From Gammaproteobacteria bacterium (GTDB lineage Bacteria; Pseudomonadota; Gammaproteobacteria; Thiohalospirales; Thiohalospiraceae): a stretch of 64,000 nt of DNA. The DNA lies in NCBI GenBank assembly GCA_024277595.1, contig JAJRUV010000090.1, positions 547 through 64,546 on the forward strand. Direction: 5' to 3'. The notes below the pieces were generated by a model, which did not search any database, was not told the DNA's origin, and saw nothing but the letters and a program-made list of their open reading frames with translations. The position numbers were made by a program, and so were the translations under genes. Positions 47,372 through 61,552 of this stretch are shown piece by piece (the first letter of the stretch is position 1; every line of letters begins with the position of its first letter).

Positions 47372-48459
47372 TAATCGATCAGCGCCGCACTCTTTAACTG
47401 GGCAAACACCCTCATTTCCGGTTTCAAATGTAGTTTGACACAGGATTTTCGGGTGATCCGCGCCAGCAGCCGAGGGCCATCCCCGCTGGTATTGCAACGC
47501 AGCCGAACCAACACCTGGCTCGCAGATATATCACAGATATTCTCAACAACCGTTGGCCAGATATTGAGAATGCTGCTGTCACTGTTTTTTTCCAGATTGA
47601 TACTGACATCCCGCGCCGGAACATGAACCCTTACCGCACGCCCGGGATCCATGTCGAGCCGACTGACCCACACCCGTCCGCAACAGCCGTCAAGGGCTGT
47701 CAAATGATACTTGTCATCATGGAGAGCAATCTCGCACTCCAGTATCGCTCCAGCCTCATCACCCTGCTCCACTGACAGATCCAGGCGGGTGAGTACCCTT
47801 TGCAGCGAATCGGAGGCTCGCACCCTGCCCTCCTCCATCCACACCATATGGTCCGCCAGCCGTGCCACCTCTCTCAGTGAATGACTGACATAGATTACCG
47901 GGATGGAGAGCTCGCTATGCAGACGCTCCAGACAGGGAAAGATATCCCGTTTGCTGCGTTCATCCAGCGCCGACAGCGGCTCATCCATCAGCAGCAATCG
48001 CGGACTGGTCAACAGTGCCCGGGCGATGGCCACCCGCTGACGCTCGCCCCCGGACAGACGCGCAGCACCGCGCCCAAGCAAGCCGGACAATCCCGCCAGC
48101 GCCACGGCATCATCGAAGCTTACCTGACGCTGCCTGGCAGGAACACGTTTCATACCAAACTCAAGGTTACGCCGCACCGACAGATGGGGGAACAGGCTGG
48201 CCTCCTGAAACACATAGCCTACCGCACGGCGGTGAGTGGGCAGGTGAATGCCATTGGCATCATCCTGCCAGATCTCGTTATCAATTTGCAGAAACCCCGA
48301 GGCTCGCCGTTCCAGCCCCGCCAGGCAACGCAGCAGCGTGGTCTTGCCGGAACCGGAGTGACCAAACAGCGCAGTAACCCCTTTGCCCGGAGCCTGAAAT
48401 GCAACATCCAGGGAAAACTCACCCAGATCGGCAGTGAAACGAACCGTGAGTTCCCTCAC
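47371..48459 (-). CDS. modC: Molybdate ABC transporter ATP-binding protein
   Basis: GHSGSGKTT Walker A, LSGGERQR signature, C-terminal TOBE/Mop domain. The stop codon TAG uses the last base of the MITE. Confidence 0.92.
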   Translation of the reverse strand: MRELTVRFTADLGEFSLDVAFQAPGKGVTALFGHSGSGKTTLLRCLAGLERRASGFLQIDNEIWQDDANGIHLPTHRRAVGYVFQEASLFPHLSVRRNLEFGMKRVPARQRQVSFDDAVALAGLSGLLGRGAARLSGGERQRVAIARALLTSPRLLLMDEPLSALDERSKRDIFPCLERLHSELSIPVIYVSHSLREVARLADHMVWMEEGRVRASDSLQRVLTRLDLSVEQGDEAGAILECEIALHDDKYHLTALDGCCGRVWVSRLDMDPGRAVRVHVPARDVSINLEKNSDSSILNIWPTVVENICDISASQVLVRLRCNTSGDGPRLLARITRKSCVKLHLKPEMRVFAQLKSAALID

Positions 48460-49154
48460 CGGGCGATCTCTGGATGAGTACGCTTGTTGAGCAGATTCAG
48501 CAACAGAATAACTATAAATGAAAACACCAGCAGACCGGCCGAAAGCAGATGCGCGTTCTCATAGTCCAACGCCTCTACGTGATCATAGATGGCAACCGAC
48601 AGAACATGAGTCTCACCAGGGATATTGCCACCGATCATCAAGATAACACCAAATTCACCTACGGTATGGGCAAAAGCCAGCACCATGCCGGTCAGAAAAC
48701 CGGAACGCGCCAGCGGCACAACCACGCTCACGAACCGATCCAGTGCGGAAGCACGCAACGTTGCCGCCACCTCCAGAGGGCGATCACCGATCGCCGCGAA
48801 GGCATTCTGCAACGGCTGCACCATGAACGGTAACGAGTAGATCATCGAAGCCACCACCAGCCCCGGAAAAGTGAAAGGCAGTGTCTCCAGACCGAGATCC
48901 AGCATCAGTGAACCCACCGGTCCATTGGGACCCAACAGTATCAGCAGATAGAAACCCAGTACCGTGGGTGGCAACACCAGCGGCAGAGCAGTTATCGCCG
49001 CAACCGGCTGTTTGAGCCAGGAGCGGGTACGCGCCAGCCACCAGGCCAGCGGCGTCCCCACCAGCAACAGCAACAGGGTGGTCACGCTGGCAAGACGCAG
49101 CGTCAGCCAGATGGCCTGGATGTCGGTTTCACTCAGTGACATCGTTCCGGGCAT
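48456..49154 (-). CDS. modB: Molybdate ABC transporter permease
   Basis: 232 aa, 5-6 TM helices. Located between modA and modC with overlapping stops/starts. Confidence 0.9.
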   Translation of the reverse strand: MPGTMSLSETDIQAIWLTLRLASVTTLLLLLVGTPLAWWLARTRSWLKQPVAAITALPLVLPPTVLGFYLLILLGPNGPVGSLMLDLGLETLPFTFPGLVVASMIYSLPFMVQPLQNAFAAIGDRPLEVAATLRASALDRFVSVVVPLARSGFLTGMVLAFAHTVGEFGVILMIGGNIPGETHVLSVAIYDHVEALDYENAHLLSAGLLVFSFIVILLLNLLNKRTHPEIAR

Positions 49155-49923
49155 TACTCGCGACTACATCGTGACCCATACTCCGAATGATCTCCCGGGC
49201 CTCACTGCCTTGCAGATAACGGAAAAAAGCGTTGGCGGCAGCACTCTTTTGTCCCCGCTGCAACAATACAGCCTGTTGCCGGATCGGTTGATACAGTTCA
49301 TCGGGCACATGCCAAACAGAACCTGAATCACCCGCCGCCCGAACCTGGGCCAGCGCCACAAAACCCAGCGAGGCGTTACCGCTAACGACGAACTGAAATG
49401 TCTGGGCTATATTTTCACCCCGAACCAGACGCCTGCGCAGGCCACTCCACAGTCCCAGCCTCTCCATCACCTGCTGCGCCGCCAGACCGTAGGGGGCAAG
49501 CCGGGGGTTGGCTATGGCCAACCGTTTGAAATCACCCTCTTTCAGAATAACTCCATGCTCATCAACGTATCCCGGCCGAGGACTCCACAGCACAATTCTC
49601 CCCAATGCATAGGTAAAACGGCTGCCCGGCACCGCCTTGCCGTTGTGCTCCAGCAGCTGTGGCCGTCTGCTGTCCGCCGCCAGAAACAGGTCAAAAGGGG
49701 CACCATGCTCTATCTGGGCAAACAGCTTGCCCGTGGAACCGGAACTGATGATGACAGTGTGTTCGCTGCTTTGCTGGAATGCCTCGCCAATCTCCCTGGC
49801 CGGGGCAGCAAAATTGGCGGCAACCGCAATGTTGACGCTGTCCGCCCAAACAAGGTGAGAGACAGAAAAAAACGCGACTGCAATAAAATACCTCAAACCA
49901 CCACCCTTTCCGCATAGTAGCAA
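49129..49923 (-). CDS. modA: Molybdate-binding periplasmic protein
   Basis: Signal peptide ...SHLVWA/DS. ModA-like SSGSTGKL and NPRLAPYG regions. An alternative TTG start at 49896 overlaps the upstream stop. Confidence 0.9.
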   Translation of the reverse strand: MLLCGKGGGLRYFIAVAFFSVSHLVWADSVNIAVAANFAAPAREIGEAFQQSSEHTVIISSGSTGKLFAQIEHGAPFDLFLAADSRRPQLLEHNGKAVPGSRFTYALGRIVLWSPRPGYVDEHGVILKEGDFKRLAIANPRLAPYGLAAQQVMERLGLWSGLRRRLVRGENIAQTFQFVVSGNASLGFVALAQVRAAGDSGSVWHVPDELYQPIRQQAVLLQRGQKSAAANAFFRYLQGSEAREIIRSMGHDVVASNARNDVTE

Positions 49924-50192
49924 GTTGAGCGTAACGGTTTGAGGGTATACGGTTCAAGCCGGGCAACAGCCCTGGCATGCTCTTCAGTTGCTACCCATCG
50001 CTCCAGCATCTCCTGGCTATCGAATTCCAGCAACAGACTGCATCCATCCACAGTGGCATTTGCCTCTTTCAGCCATCGCACCTCCTGGAATCCCTGCTGT
50101 TTTTCCAGCTTTCCGGCAAGACACCGTAACCAGTCAGGAAAATAGCCGCACCCTTCCTCACTCAGAAAATGTTCAATGCGTACCAGAATCAT
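49893..50192 (-). CDS. Small ABM-like (dimeric alpha-beta barrel) protein, putative
   Basis: Start set at [10 protein letters not shown] (ATGA overlap with the kinase stop). 99 aa. The pattern resembles antibiotic-biosynthesis-monooxygenase-fold proteins, so the assignment is tentative. Confidence 0.5.
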   Translation of the reverse strand: MILVRIEHFLSEEGCGYFPDWLRCLAGKLEKQQGFQEVRWLKEANATVDGCSLLLEFDSQEMLERWVATEEHARAVARLEPYTLKPLRSTCYYAERVVV

Positions 50193-51496
50193 GCCTTGCA
50201 ATCTCCCCGGGCAAGCAGTGCCGCGCCATACGCTGCTTCGCTGAACGCAGGTTTGATCATCGGCACACCCGTGATTTGACCCCTGATCTGTTCCCATGCA
50301 TTGTTCACCGCCCCGCCACCCACTGTGCGAATCGCAGCAGGGTACGGAGTCCCCAGCCTGGACAGCAAGCGATAGCCATGCCGTTCAATACGCGTAATGC
50401 CCTCTATTATACCTTGGAAAAAGCGCAGATCATCTCTGGGCCGCGGACTAAGCCGCGGTTTGAGATGAGGATCGGAGACGGGGAAACGCTCTCCAACAGC
50501 AGGTAACGGATAATAATCGAGGCAGGTACGGCGGCTTGGGTTCAGGCGCACACTCATCTCTGTCATCTGCTCATCGGTAAAGAACTGCCGCAACACCGCT
50601 CCACCACTGTTGGATGCACCACCCACCAGCCACAATGCCCCGAACGGCTGGCTATAAATTCCGTAACGGGAGCAAAAAAATGGTTTTTCAGAAACAATCT
50701 TGACCACCAGCGTGGAACCCAGCGAGGTAACGGCATCGCCGGGACGGGAAACACCCGTGGCGATAACGGCGGCTGTGCTGTCAGTCGTTCCGGCAACCAC
50801 AGTCACCGCTGGCGGCAACCCCCATTCATCGGCCAGCACCGAACTAATACGCCCTGTTGGCGTACCGGGTGCAACAACCCGTGGAAGTATTCGGCGTGGC
50901 ACATTCAATCTGTCCAGCCAGTTCGGCCAGCACCGATTTACCGGATCATAGCCCAGCTTAAGGCTGTTGTTGCTGTCACTGAACCCGAACTCCCCGCACA
51001 GCCTTCCGGCAATCCAGTCTGCCTGATGCAAGGCATGGCAGGCTTCACCCATTCCCTGTTGCGCCAGCAGCCAAAGCAGTTTGGTCAGCGCAGAACCCGC
51101 CCCCTGCGCTGCGACATCCGGTGGCGCTGCCGCCGCAACCAGGGCCGCTTCATCCCCGGCCCGCGCATCGTTATACATCAGTGCAGGAGCAAGCGGCCGG
51201 CCGGCGGCATCGGCCAGCAACAGCGTGGCAGAGGTGCCATCCACAGCGATTGCCCGAACCGAACGGACATCAATCACAGCAAACAGTTGCCGCAGCACGG
51301 ATACAACCGACTGCCACCAGATTTCAGCATCCTGCTGAACCTCCCAGCCCTTTCGCACCGGCACCGGCAGTTCCTGCACGGCATGACCCCGCTGTTTGCC
51401 ATCGTCATCAATAGCAATGGCCCGGCACCCCGATGTGCCAATGTCGATGCCGATGAACAGGTTCAAGGCAGCTGCACAACCGTCGGCGGTGTCCAC
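50189..51496 (-). CDS. FGGY-family carbohydrate kinase
   Basis: [19 protein letters not shown]-terminal motif and C-terminal GGGAVN region. The substrate is not identifiable. Confidence 0.85.
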   Translation of the reverse strand: MDTADGCAAALNLFIGIDIGTSGCRAIAIDDDGKQRGHAVQELPVPVRKGWEVQQDAEIWWQSVVSVLRQLFAVIDVRSVRAIAVDGTSATLLLADAAGRPLAPALMYNDARAGDEAALVAAAAPPDVAAQGAGSALTKLLWLLAQQGMGEACHALHQADWIAGRLCGEFGFSDSNNSLKLGYDPVNRCWPNWLDRLNVPRRILPRVVAPGTPTGRISSVLADEWGLPPAVTVVAGTTDSTAAVIATGVSRPGDAVTSLGSTLVVKIVSEKPFFCSRYGIYSQPFGALWLVGGASNSGGAVLRQFFTDEQMTEMSVRLNPSRRTCLDYYPLPAVGERFPVSDPHLKPRLSPRPRDDLRFFQGIIEGITRIERHGYRLLSRLGTPYPAAIRTVGGGAVNNAWEQIRGQITGVPMIKPAFSEAAYGAALLARGDCKA

Positions 51497-51852
51497 CCTG
51501 GTTTACGATGCTCGGCAACGACTGTGGTATAGATCCCGCCCCGCACATTAAACCTGCCGGTAAGGCGCATGAACCGCGGCGAGGTGGCATGCACCAGATC
51601 ATCCAGAATCCGGTTGGTGACCGCCTCATGGAAAACTCCCTCTTCCCGGAACGCCCACACATAAAATTTCAGTGATTTGAGTTCGACACACAGTCGATCC
51701 GGGACATAACTGACAGAAAGAGTGGCAAAATCCGGCTGGCCGGTTTTCGGACACAAGCAGGTAAATTCCGGTATTTCGATATGGATGGTGTAATCCCGAT
51801 CCGGAAGCGGGTTTTCGAATGTATCCAATTGTTTGCTGGGACGGCTAGGCAT
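51463..51852 (-). CDS. queF: NADPH-dependent 7-cyano-7-deazaguanine reductase (type I QueF)
   Basis: Start set at [15 protein letters not shown]. Catalytic [13 protein letters not shown] and QueF motif [10 protein letters not shown]. Confidence 0.92.
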   Translation of the reverse strand: MPSRPSKQLDTFENPLPDRDYTIHIEIPEFTCLCPKTGQPDFATLSVSYVPDRLCVELKSLKFYVWAFREEGVFHEAVTNRILDDLVHATSPRFMRLTGRFNVRGGIYTTVVAEHRKPGWTPPTVVQLP

Positions 51853-51968
51853 GCAACACTCCATTGAGGTAATATTAGCGGTTATTATCTTTATTGACCC
51901 GGCCATATTATATATCGCCGGGTCAATACTCAATCCGCATTTATCGTCACGGTTACCAACAGGGAGTT

Positions 51969-54900
51969 ATGCGTCTTAGCAAAATCAAGCTGGCCGGATT
52001 CAAAACATTCGTTGATCCTACCACCATCCCGTTTCCCAGCAATCTGGTCTGCATCGTCGGCCCCAATGGTTGTGGAAAATCGAACGTGATCGATGCGGTG
52101 CGCTGGGTGATGGGCGAGTCTTCCGCCAAACAGCTGCGCGGCGATTCAATGAGCGATGTCATCTTCAATGGTTCCAGCACCCGCAAGCCGGTGGGACAAG
52201 CATCCATCGAACTGGTGTTTGATAACAGCGATGGACGGCTGGGAGGCGAATACGCCAGCTACAGCGAAGTTGCCATCAAGCGTGTCGTCAGCCGTGACGG
52301 CGCTTCCAACTACTTTCTCAACGGCGTACGCTGCCGGCGCCGCGATATTACCGGCATCTTCCTTGGCACCGGGCTGGGTCCGCGCAGCTATGCCATTATC
52401 GAGCAGGGCACCATCTCCCGGTTCATCGAAGCAAAACCGGAAGAGATGCGCCGGTTTCTCGAAGAGGCTGCGGGGATATCCAGATACAAGGAACGCCGCC
52501 GTGAAACAGAGAATCGTATCCGCCACACCCGTGAAAACCTGGATCGGCTCAGCGATCTGCGCGAAGAGTTGGGCAAACAGCTGGCACGGCTAAAACGGCA
52601 GTCCCAGACCGCAGCCCGCTACAAAAACCTGAAACAGGAAGAGCGCCTGATAAATGGGCAGCTGTACGCCCTGCGCTGGCAACGCCTCGACCGTCAATGC
52701 GGCGAACAGGAGAGCTGCAATCGTGAGCTGGAAACCGCACTGGAGGCACTCATCGCCAAACAACGCAGCAACGAAGCCGAGGTTGAAAAACAGCGTCAGT
52801 TGCACAGCGAAGGACTGGAAACGTTCAACCAGATTCAGAGCCGATTCTACAGCGTGGGGGCCGATATTGCCCGGTTGGAACAGGCCCTCCAGCACACCCG
52901 CGAACGGCGCCAGCAACAGCAGCAGGATCTGGCTAAACTGGAGCAGGCATGGCAGGAGGCCGACACCCACCGGGAGTCCGATCAACAAACCATCGAACGC
53001 CTGCAGGCCGAGCTGCAGCAGCATGAACCGGATCTGACCCGCACACAACAAGAAGAAAAACAGTCTGCCGCCGCATTGGCCGCCGCAGAACAGGCCATGC
53101 ATGCGTGGCAGCAACAGTGGGACGAGTTCAACCTGCGTTACGCCGAGCCGGCACAGGCGGCACAGGTGGAACGCACCCGGCTGCACAGTCTGGAGCAGCA
53201 ATCCAGCCAGCTGCAGAACCACATCGAGCGCCTGACCCGAGAGCGCAGCAGCCTGACCCCTGACGCCGAGCAGACCGACATCAGCCGATTGCAGCAAGAG
53301 CTGGAACAGGGCGAGCAACAGGCCGCCACGCTACAGCAAAACCAGACCGACCTCATTGCGCAGCTCAACACACAACGCGAACAAAACCACGAGCTATCCA
53401 GCCAACTGGACACACTGCGCGGCCGTTTGCAGACCCAGCGTGGACGGCAGGCCTCCCTGGAAGCCCTGCAGCAGGCAGCACTGAACCAAAATCAGGGTAA
53501 AACCGGCCAGTGGCTGACCCGCCAGCGGTTGCAGGACGCTGGACGACTGGTAGAAGAGATACAGGTAGAGAAAGGGTGGGAAAACGCGGTGGGAACTGTC
53601 CTGGGACACACGCTGGAGGCGGTCTGCATCGAAGGGCTGGGTGAACTGTCCACGGCGCTGCAGGAGCTGGATGGCACCCTGATGCTTTTCGATACCGCCG
53701 TTCAAACCAGTCCACCCCCCACTGCCGACAACACACTGCTGGCAAAGGTACGCGCACCCTGGTCACTGGAGCCACTGCTGGGATCGGTCCATATCGCCGT
53801 CGATCTGCCCCGGGCACTCTCCTTGCGCAACAAACTGGCCACCCATGAATCGGTCATTACCCCTGACGGTATCTGGCTGGGAGTAAACTGGCTGCGGGTA
53901 GCCCGGAGTGTCGATGAGAAATCCGGCGTGCTGGAGCGGGAGCAGGAGCTCAAGCAACTTGCCAATGAGACAGCCCGGCTAGCCGCCCGGGTCGAACAAC
54001 TGCACACCGAGGTTACCGCCGGGCGGGAACAGCTGAAAACTCTGGAACAGCAGCGCGAATCACAGCAGCGCGAACTCAATGAGATCAGCCGCCGGGTAGC
54101 CGGACGACAAGCCCGACTGAGCGGAGCTCGTGCACGGCTGGAGCAGTTTCAGCAGCGAACCCGGCGCATCATTTCCGAGCTGGAAGAGCTGACCCGGCAG
54201 GCAAGCAGCAGCACGGAAGAGCAGCACACCACCCACACCCGCCTCAATGAATCACTGGCTCTGATGGAGACCCTTGCCAGCCAGCGGGAACAGCTGACTG
54301 CCGAACGGGAAAAGCTGCAACAGACCCTGCAACAGCGCCGTGATCAAGCCCGTCAGAATCACGAAGCAACCCACAATGTCAACCTGAAGCTGCAAACCCT
54401 GCGCACTGAACTGGCCTCCACCCGCCAGGCGATCGAACGTATCGAGCAACAACGGATTCAGTTCTCCAGCCGGCGGGACGAACTGCAGCAGGCGCTGGAA
54501 CAAGGCAACACCCCGCTGGAGAAGATGACCGCCGAACTGGAACAGATTCTTGCCAAACGCAGTGGCATCGAACAGGAAATGGCAGAAGCCCGACGCCAGG
54601 TCGAGGCAATCGAACACTGGATTCGCGAACTGGACGGCACCCACAACCGGATTGAGCAGGAAACCGGGCAGATGCGCAGTTCGGTAGAGCGGGCGCGGAT
54701 GAGCTGGCAGGAGCTGAAAACACGCCGTCAGACCCAGCAAGAGCAGCTGGAAGAGGCCGGCCACAATCTGACCGCCCTGTTTGAAGAGATACCGGAGCAG
54801 GCCGATGAACAGGAGTGGCAAACCCGGCTGGCTTCTCTGGAGCAGAAAATATCACGGCTTGGTCCCATCAATCTGGCCGCTATCGAAGAGTATCAGCAGT

Positions 54901-55475
54901 CGGAAGAGCGCAAAAACTATCTGGACGCGCAAAACGATGATCTGATGGAGGCGCTTGCCACCTTGGAAAATGCTATCCACAAGATCGACCGGGAGACCCG
55001 CAGCCGCTTCCGGGATACTTTCGACAAGGTCAACAGCGGCTTCCAGGAGATGTTTCCACGCCTGTTTGGCGGCGGCAAGGCATCGCTCGAACTTGCCGGC
55101 GATGATCTGCTGGATACCGGAATAACCGTCATGGCCCACCCGCCGGGCAAGCGCAACAGCACCATCCACCTGCTGTCAGGAGGGGAAAAGGCCCTTACCG
55201 CCGTGGCGCTGGTATTTGCCATTTTTCATCTCAATCCGGCCCCTTTCTGCATGCTGGACGAGGTAGACGCCCCACTGGATGATGCCAATGTCGGCCGTTT
55301 TTGCGATCTGGTGCGCGAAATGTCAGACAAAACCCAGTTTATATTTGTTACTCACAACAAAATCACCATGGAACTGTCTCAGCAACTGAACGGCATCACG
55401 ATGAAAGAACCGGGAGTTTCACGCCTGGTCGCCGTGGATCTTGATGAAGCAGCCACTATGGCTATCAGTGCCTAA
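51969..55475 (+). CDS. smc: Chromosome segregation protein SMC
   Basis: Start at MRLSKIKLAGFKTF (RBS AGGGAG). GPNGCGKSN Walker A, long Q/E/R-rich coiled coils, hinge, LSGGEK signature, LDEVDAPLD Walker B. Confidence 0.95.
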   Translation: MRLSKIKLAGFKTFVDPTTIPFPSNLVCIVGPNGCGKSNVIDAVRWVMGESSAKQLRGDSMSDVIFNGSSTRKPVGQASIELVFDNSDGRLGGEYASYSEVAIKRVVSRDGASNYFLNGVRCRRRDITGIFLGTGLGPRSYAIIEQGTISRFIEAKPEEMRRFLEEAAGISRYKERRRETENRIRHTRENLDRLSDLREELGKQLARLKRQSQTAARYKNLKQEERLINGQLYALRWQRLDRQCGEQESCNRELETALEALIAKQRSNEAEVEKQRQLHSEGLETFNQIQSRFYSVGADIARLEQALQHTRERRQQQQQDLAKLEQAWQEADTHRESDQQTIERLQAELQQHEPDLTRTQQEEKQSAAALAAAEQAMHAWQQQWDEFNLRYAEPAQAAQVERTRLHSLEQQSSQLQNHIERLTRERSSLTPDAEQTDISRLQQELEQGEQQAATLQQNQTDLIAQLNTQREQNHELSSQLDTLRGRLQTQRGRQASLEALQQAALNQNQGKTGQWLTRQRLQDAGRLVEEIQVEKGWENAVGTVLGHTLEAVCIEGLGELSTALQELDGTLMLFDTAVQTSPPPTADNTLLAKVRAPWSLEPLLGSVHIAVDLPRALSLRNKLATHESVITPDGIWLGVNWLRVARSVDEKSGVLEREQELKQLANETARLAARVEQLHTEVTAGREQLKTLEQQRESQQRELNEISRRVAGRQARLSGARARLEQFQQRTRRIISELEELTRQASSSTEEQHTTHTRLNESLALMETLASQREQLTAEREKLQQTLQQRRDQARQNHEATHNVNLKLQTLRTELASTRQAIERIEQQRIQFSSRRDELQQALEQGNTPLEKMTAELEQILAKRSGIEQEMAEARRQVEAIEHWIRELDGTHNRIEQETGQMRSSVERARMSWQELKTRRQTQQEQLEEAGHNLTALFEEIPEQADEQEWQTRLASLEQKISRLGPINLAAIEEYQQSEERKNYLDAQNDDLMEALATLENAIHKIDRETRSRFRDTFDKVNSGFQEMFPRLFGGGKASLELAGDDLLDTGITVMAHPPGKRNSTIHLLSGGEKALTAVALVFAIFHLNPAPFCMLDEVDAPLDDANVGRFCDLVREMSDKTQFIFVTHNKITMELSQQLNGITMKEPGVSRLVAVDLDEAATMAISA

Positions 55476-55485
55476 GGAATAACAC

Positions 55486-58316
<2,831 letters not shown>

Positions 58317-58347
58317 TGTACCCTGTCTCCCGAAAGCCAACTGCCCC

Positions 58348-61140
58348 ATGAGCAGGCATAACCGTATTCGCATTAATGATATCCTCTATACGCTGTTGGT
58401 GCTGCTCTGCATTGCCATTGCATTATTGGTGGCAGGCGCCTTTGCGTGGCAGGATATACAGAAGAGTGACCGTCGCTTCCAGCAATTTGGGTATGACTAC
58501 GCCCGGCAGCTGTTACAAAAGGTAGAGCGCAGTAAGGCAGTCGTGGAAGGGATGGCCGCTTTAAGCCAAATCACCGGTGTTGAAAACCGCCAGGAACTGT
58601 CCCGTTATGCCAGCGAAATGAGTAAGCTGCACCCCTATGTTCATATGATTCAACTTTATGAACGAGTGGGGTATAACGAACTGGGATCATACGAGAAAAA
58701 GAGGAAAAGCGCCGGATTATCTGATTATTCCGTGCATGAACTTGGCATCGAACAACAACGGCAGCCCGTTGGCAAGCGCCTTTTTCACTTCCCGCTGGCG
58801 CTGATTCAACCGGATAAACCCGCTTTCACCAAACATCTCGGCTACGATATTTATTCCAGTCCAGAAGCACAAGAAGCTATCAAACAAGTTATCAATACCG
58901 GAAGAAGCGCCGCCAGCACTCCGGGTGAACTGATTGGGGGCGGATATGGAAGCACCCTGTTCAAACCGGTCTATTCCAGCAAGCTGGAAACCGGCACCGA
59001 ACAGGAACGGCTCGCTAAAACCGTCGCTATTGCTGCCGTTCAGCTGCACTTTGACAAACAGTTTTTCCCCCGTGACTCCCTGCCAGGATTAACAGTGCAA
59101 CTGACCTATGGCCACTCACGCGAAGACAGGGAGGCGCGTGGAGTCAAAGAGATATATCAACACACGGCATCACCCAACGATTCTACCATCAGCTGGTTTC
59201 CACAGCTCTCTTTTAACTCCACCATCCCCCTCGCAGGGAAAGAACTGAGGCTGTCACTGTCACGGCAGACCGGCTGGCAGGATTTGCGGCTGGGGATGAT
59301 TTTAATGTTCGTTGCCCTGATATCACTTGCCTTCTGGGCATTCCTGCGCCTCATCAAACGGCCACTTGCCTGGTATGGCTCGGAACAGTACCAGCATGAA
59401 GTTCTGTACCGGGCAAAAGAGCGCGCTGAAGTTACCCTGCACTCCATAGGTGACGGCGTAATTACCACCGACCTCAAGGGGAATGTCGACTATCTGAACC
59501 AGGTCGCTGAACAGATGACCGGCTGGCGTGACAAAGAGGCACATGGCCGGCCATTAAAAGAGGTCTTTAACGTAGTCAACGAGAACACGCGAGAATCCGA
59601 ACTGGGGAACCTGGACAACATTCTGAAAGATGGAGAGAAAATCAAAGTCACATCTTCTCCCGTTCTGCTGCAACGCCAGGGCGAGGAGTATGTCATTGAG
59701 AACACCATGGCACCCATCCGTCAGCGGGGCGGCAGCATTGTCGGTGCCGTGATTGTATTCCATGACGTCAGCCATGTGCGCAGCATGGCGCGGCAGCTCG
59801 CCTACCAGGCGACCCACGATTCACTCACCGGGCTGGTCAACCGGCGCGAATTCGAGCGGCAACTGGGACACGCCCTGCACAGTGCCAAATACCATGGCCG
59901 GCATCATGTACTCTGTTTCCTTGACCTCGATCAGTTCAAGGTAATTAATGACACCTGTGGCCACATTGCCGGCGACAAGCTGCTGAAACAGCTCGCCATT
60001 CTGATGGAACCCAAAGTCGGCGACGATGGCGTGCTGGCCCGGCTTGGCGGAGACGAATTCGGCGTACTGCTGTTCAACTGCCCTCTGGAACATGGCGTAA
60101 AAACGGCCCAGCAGATACGTCAGGTGGTTCGCAGCTACCGTTTTGTCTGGGAAGATAAAATCTTCGAAGTGGGCGTCAGCATCGGCCTGGTGCCATTCGA
60201 CGCCCAAAGCGGCGGGCTGCAGGAGATCATGCGCACTGCCGACTCCGCCTGCTACATAGCCAAAGATCAGGGCCGCAACCGGTTACATGTATATCAACCC
60301 GATGACAGCGCTCTTGCCCTGCGCCAGGGGGAGATGCAGTGGATCCACCGCATCAGCAAGGCATTTGACGAACGGCGCTTCTATCTGGCGCGTCAGTCTG
60401 TTCTTCCCCTGAGTTCCGAGGCAAGTAACCGGCCGCATTATGAAATACTACTGCGTATGCTTAGCGAAGATGGGAAGCACATCCTGCCCAGTGATTTCAT
60501 TCCCGCCGCGGAACGCTATGACATGATGCGGGATATAGACCGCTGGGTTATCAAAAGCTCTTTCGAGCTAATCCAGGGCCAGACCCATACGGCCTATGCC
60601 AACAACGGAGTCCCTCCCCTGTATAACATTAACCTGTCCGGGCACTCACTGAATGATGAAGCCTACCGTTTTATCATCGAGCAACTGAAGGAAACCGGAA
60701 TCGATCCCGGCGGAATCTGTTTTGAAATAACAGAAACCACCGCTATCGACAATCTTGGCTACGCTACCAATCTGATTCGACGGCTCAAGAAGCTGGGATG
60801 CCGGTTTGCACTGGATGACTTTGGCAGTGGCTTGAGTTCCTTCGGCTATTTGAAAATACTGCCTCTGGATTATCTGAAAATCGACGGCAGCTTCGTCCGT
60901 GACATGACCAGCGATCTCATCAGTCAGGCAATGGTGGAATCCATTCATCATATCGGTCACGTCATGGGACTTCAAACCATCGCCGAAGGGGTCGAAAACG
61001 AAATCATCCTGGCGAAAGTGCGCGAACTCGGCATCGATTATGCCCAGGGATATGCCATCAACGACCCCCAGCCGTGGGGAAACATGCCAATGATTGATCG
61101 GACAAACGGACAGTTTCAGAGGCCTGCCGGGTTGAGATAA
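58348..61140 (+). CDS. CHASE-like sensor / PAS / GGDEF / EAL c-di-GMP turnover protein
   Basis: TM-periplasmic domain-TM architecture, PAS (HSIGDGVITTD), intact GGDEF (RLGGDEFGVLL), EAL domain (EILLRM, DDFGSG, QGY). Start taken at MSRHNRIR; an upstream start at 58309 would overlap the ligA end. Confidence 0.88.
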   Translation: MSRHNRIRINDILYTLLVLLCIAIALLVAGAFAWQDIQKSDRRFQQFGYDYARQLLQKVERSKAVVEGMAALSQITGVENRQELSRYASEMSKLHPYVHMIQLYERVGYNELGSYEKKRKSAGLSDYSVHELGIEQQRQPVGKRLFHFPLALIQPDKPAFTKHLGYDIYSSPEAQEAIKQVINTGRSAASTPGELIGGGYGSTLFKPVYSSKLETGTEQERLAKTVAIAAVQLHFDKQFFPRDSLPGLTVQLTYGHSREDREARGVKEIYQHTASPNDSTISWFPQLSFNSTIPLAGKELRLSLSRQTGWQDLRLGMILMFVALISLAFWAFLRLIKRPLAWYGSEQYQHEVLYRAKERAEVTLHSIGDGVITTDLKGNVDYLNQVAEQMTGWRDKEAHGRPLKEVFNVVNENTRESELGNLDNILKDGEKIKVTSSPVLLQRQGEEYVIENTMAPIRQRGGSIVGAVIVFHDVSHVRSMARQLAYQATHDSLTGLVNRREFERQLGHALHSAKYHGRHHVLCFLDLDQFKVINDTCGHIAGDKLLKQLAILMEPKVGDDGVLARLGGDEFGVLLFNCPLEHGVKTAQQIRQVVRSYRFVWEDKIFEVGVSIGLVPFDAQSGGLQEIMRTADSACYIAKDQGRNRLHVYQPDDSALALRQGEMQWIHRISKAFDERRFYLARQSVLPLSSEASNRPHYEILLRMLSEDGKHILPSDFIPAAERYDMMRDIDRWVIKSSFELIQGQTHTAYANNGVPPLYNINLSGHSLNDEAYRFIIEQLKETGIDPGGICFEITETTAIDNLGYATNLIRRLKKLGCRFALDDFGSGLSSFGYLKILPLDYLKIDGSFVRDMTSDLISQAMVESIHHIGHVMGLQTIAEGVENEIILAKVRELGIDYAQGYAINDPQPWGNMPMIDRTNGQFQRPAGLR

Positions 61141-61141
61141 T

Positions 61142-61289
61142 TTACTCAGCGAGTAGCCAATATTGCCGGTAACTGCTCAGATTGCCCCTGACATTCGTCA
61201 GTTCAAGGCAAAAAACGGGAGTTTACATGTGTAAATGACCATTTTTTAACGCGAAAATGGCGGATTTCAGGGGTGAGCTGAGTAGTTAC
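61142..61289 (+). mobile_element. MITE copy I, long form with degraded left arm
   Basis: The core and right TIR are well conserved (...GGCGGATTTCAGGGGTGAGCTGAGTAGTTAC). The left arm is diverged (TTACTCAGCGAGTAGCC...). No TSD. Confidence 0.8.
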
Positions 61290-61552
61290 AACCCGGTTAA
61301 CCTGGAAACCGCAGTTGACCACTTCATTCCGAGACTACATTACTGATATGCAAACAGCCGACTTCAATGTGTCAATTCACCTACCGGAAAAATCGCGCTA
61401 CGGATTCCAGGCTGAAACAAACCCGGTGGAAAATCAGACGCAAATTTTTGTGATATTGAAATGCATAGCAGGACTGCACAACAAAAAAACGGGGAATTTT
61501 AAACCTCTCTCCTATCAGTGCAGTAGATTATCTCCAGGCCCACGGGGGTAGC

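Noticed and set aside
52590-53318. 242-aa ORF plus several others (53365..53817, 53702..54079, 54252..54821, 54379..54855) antisense to or out of frame with smc.
   Set aside because: They lie within the SMC coiled-coil region. The repetitive CAG/CTG-rich sequence keeps alternative frames open. They have no independent start context.
61315-61551. 78-aa ORF between MITE copy I and cysZ.
   Set aside because: It has a TTG-type start, no RBS and an AT-rich promoter-like context directly upstream of cysZ, with no recognisable features. It is probably a non-coding leader.
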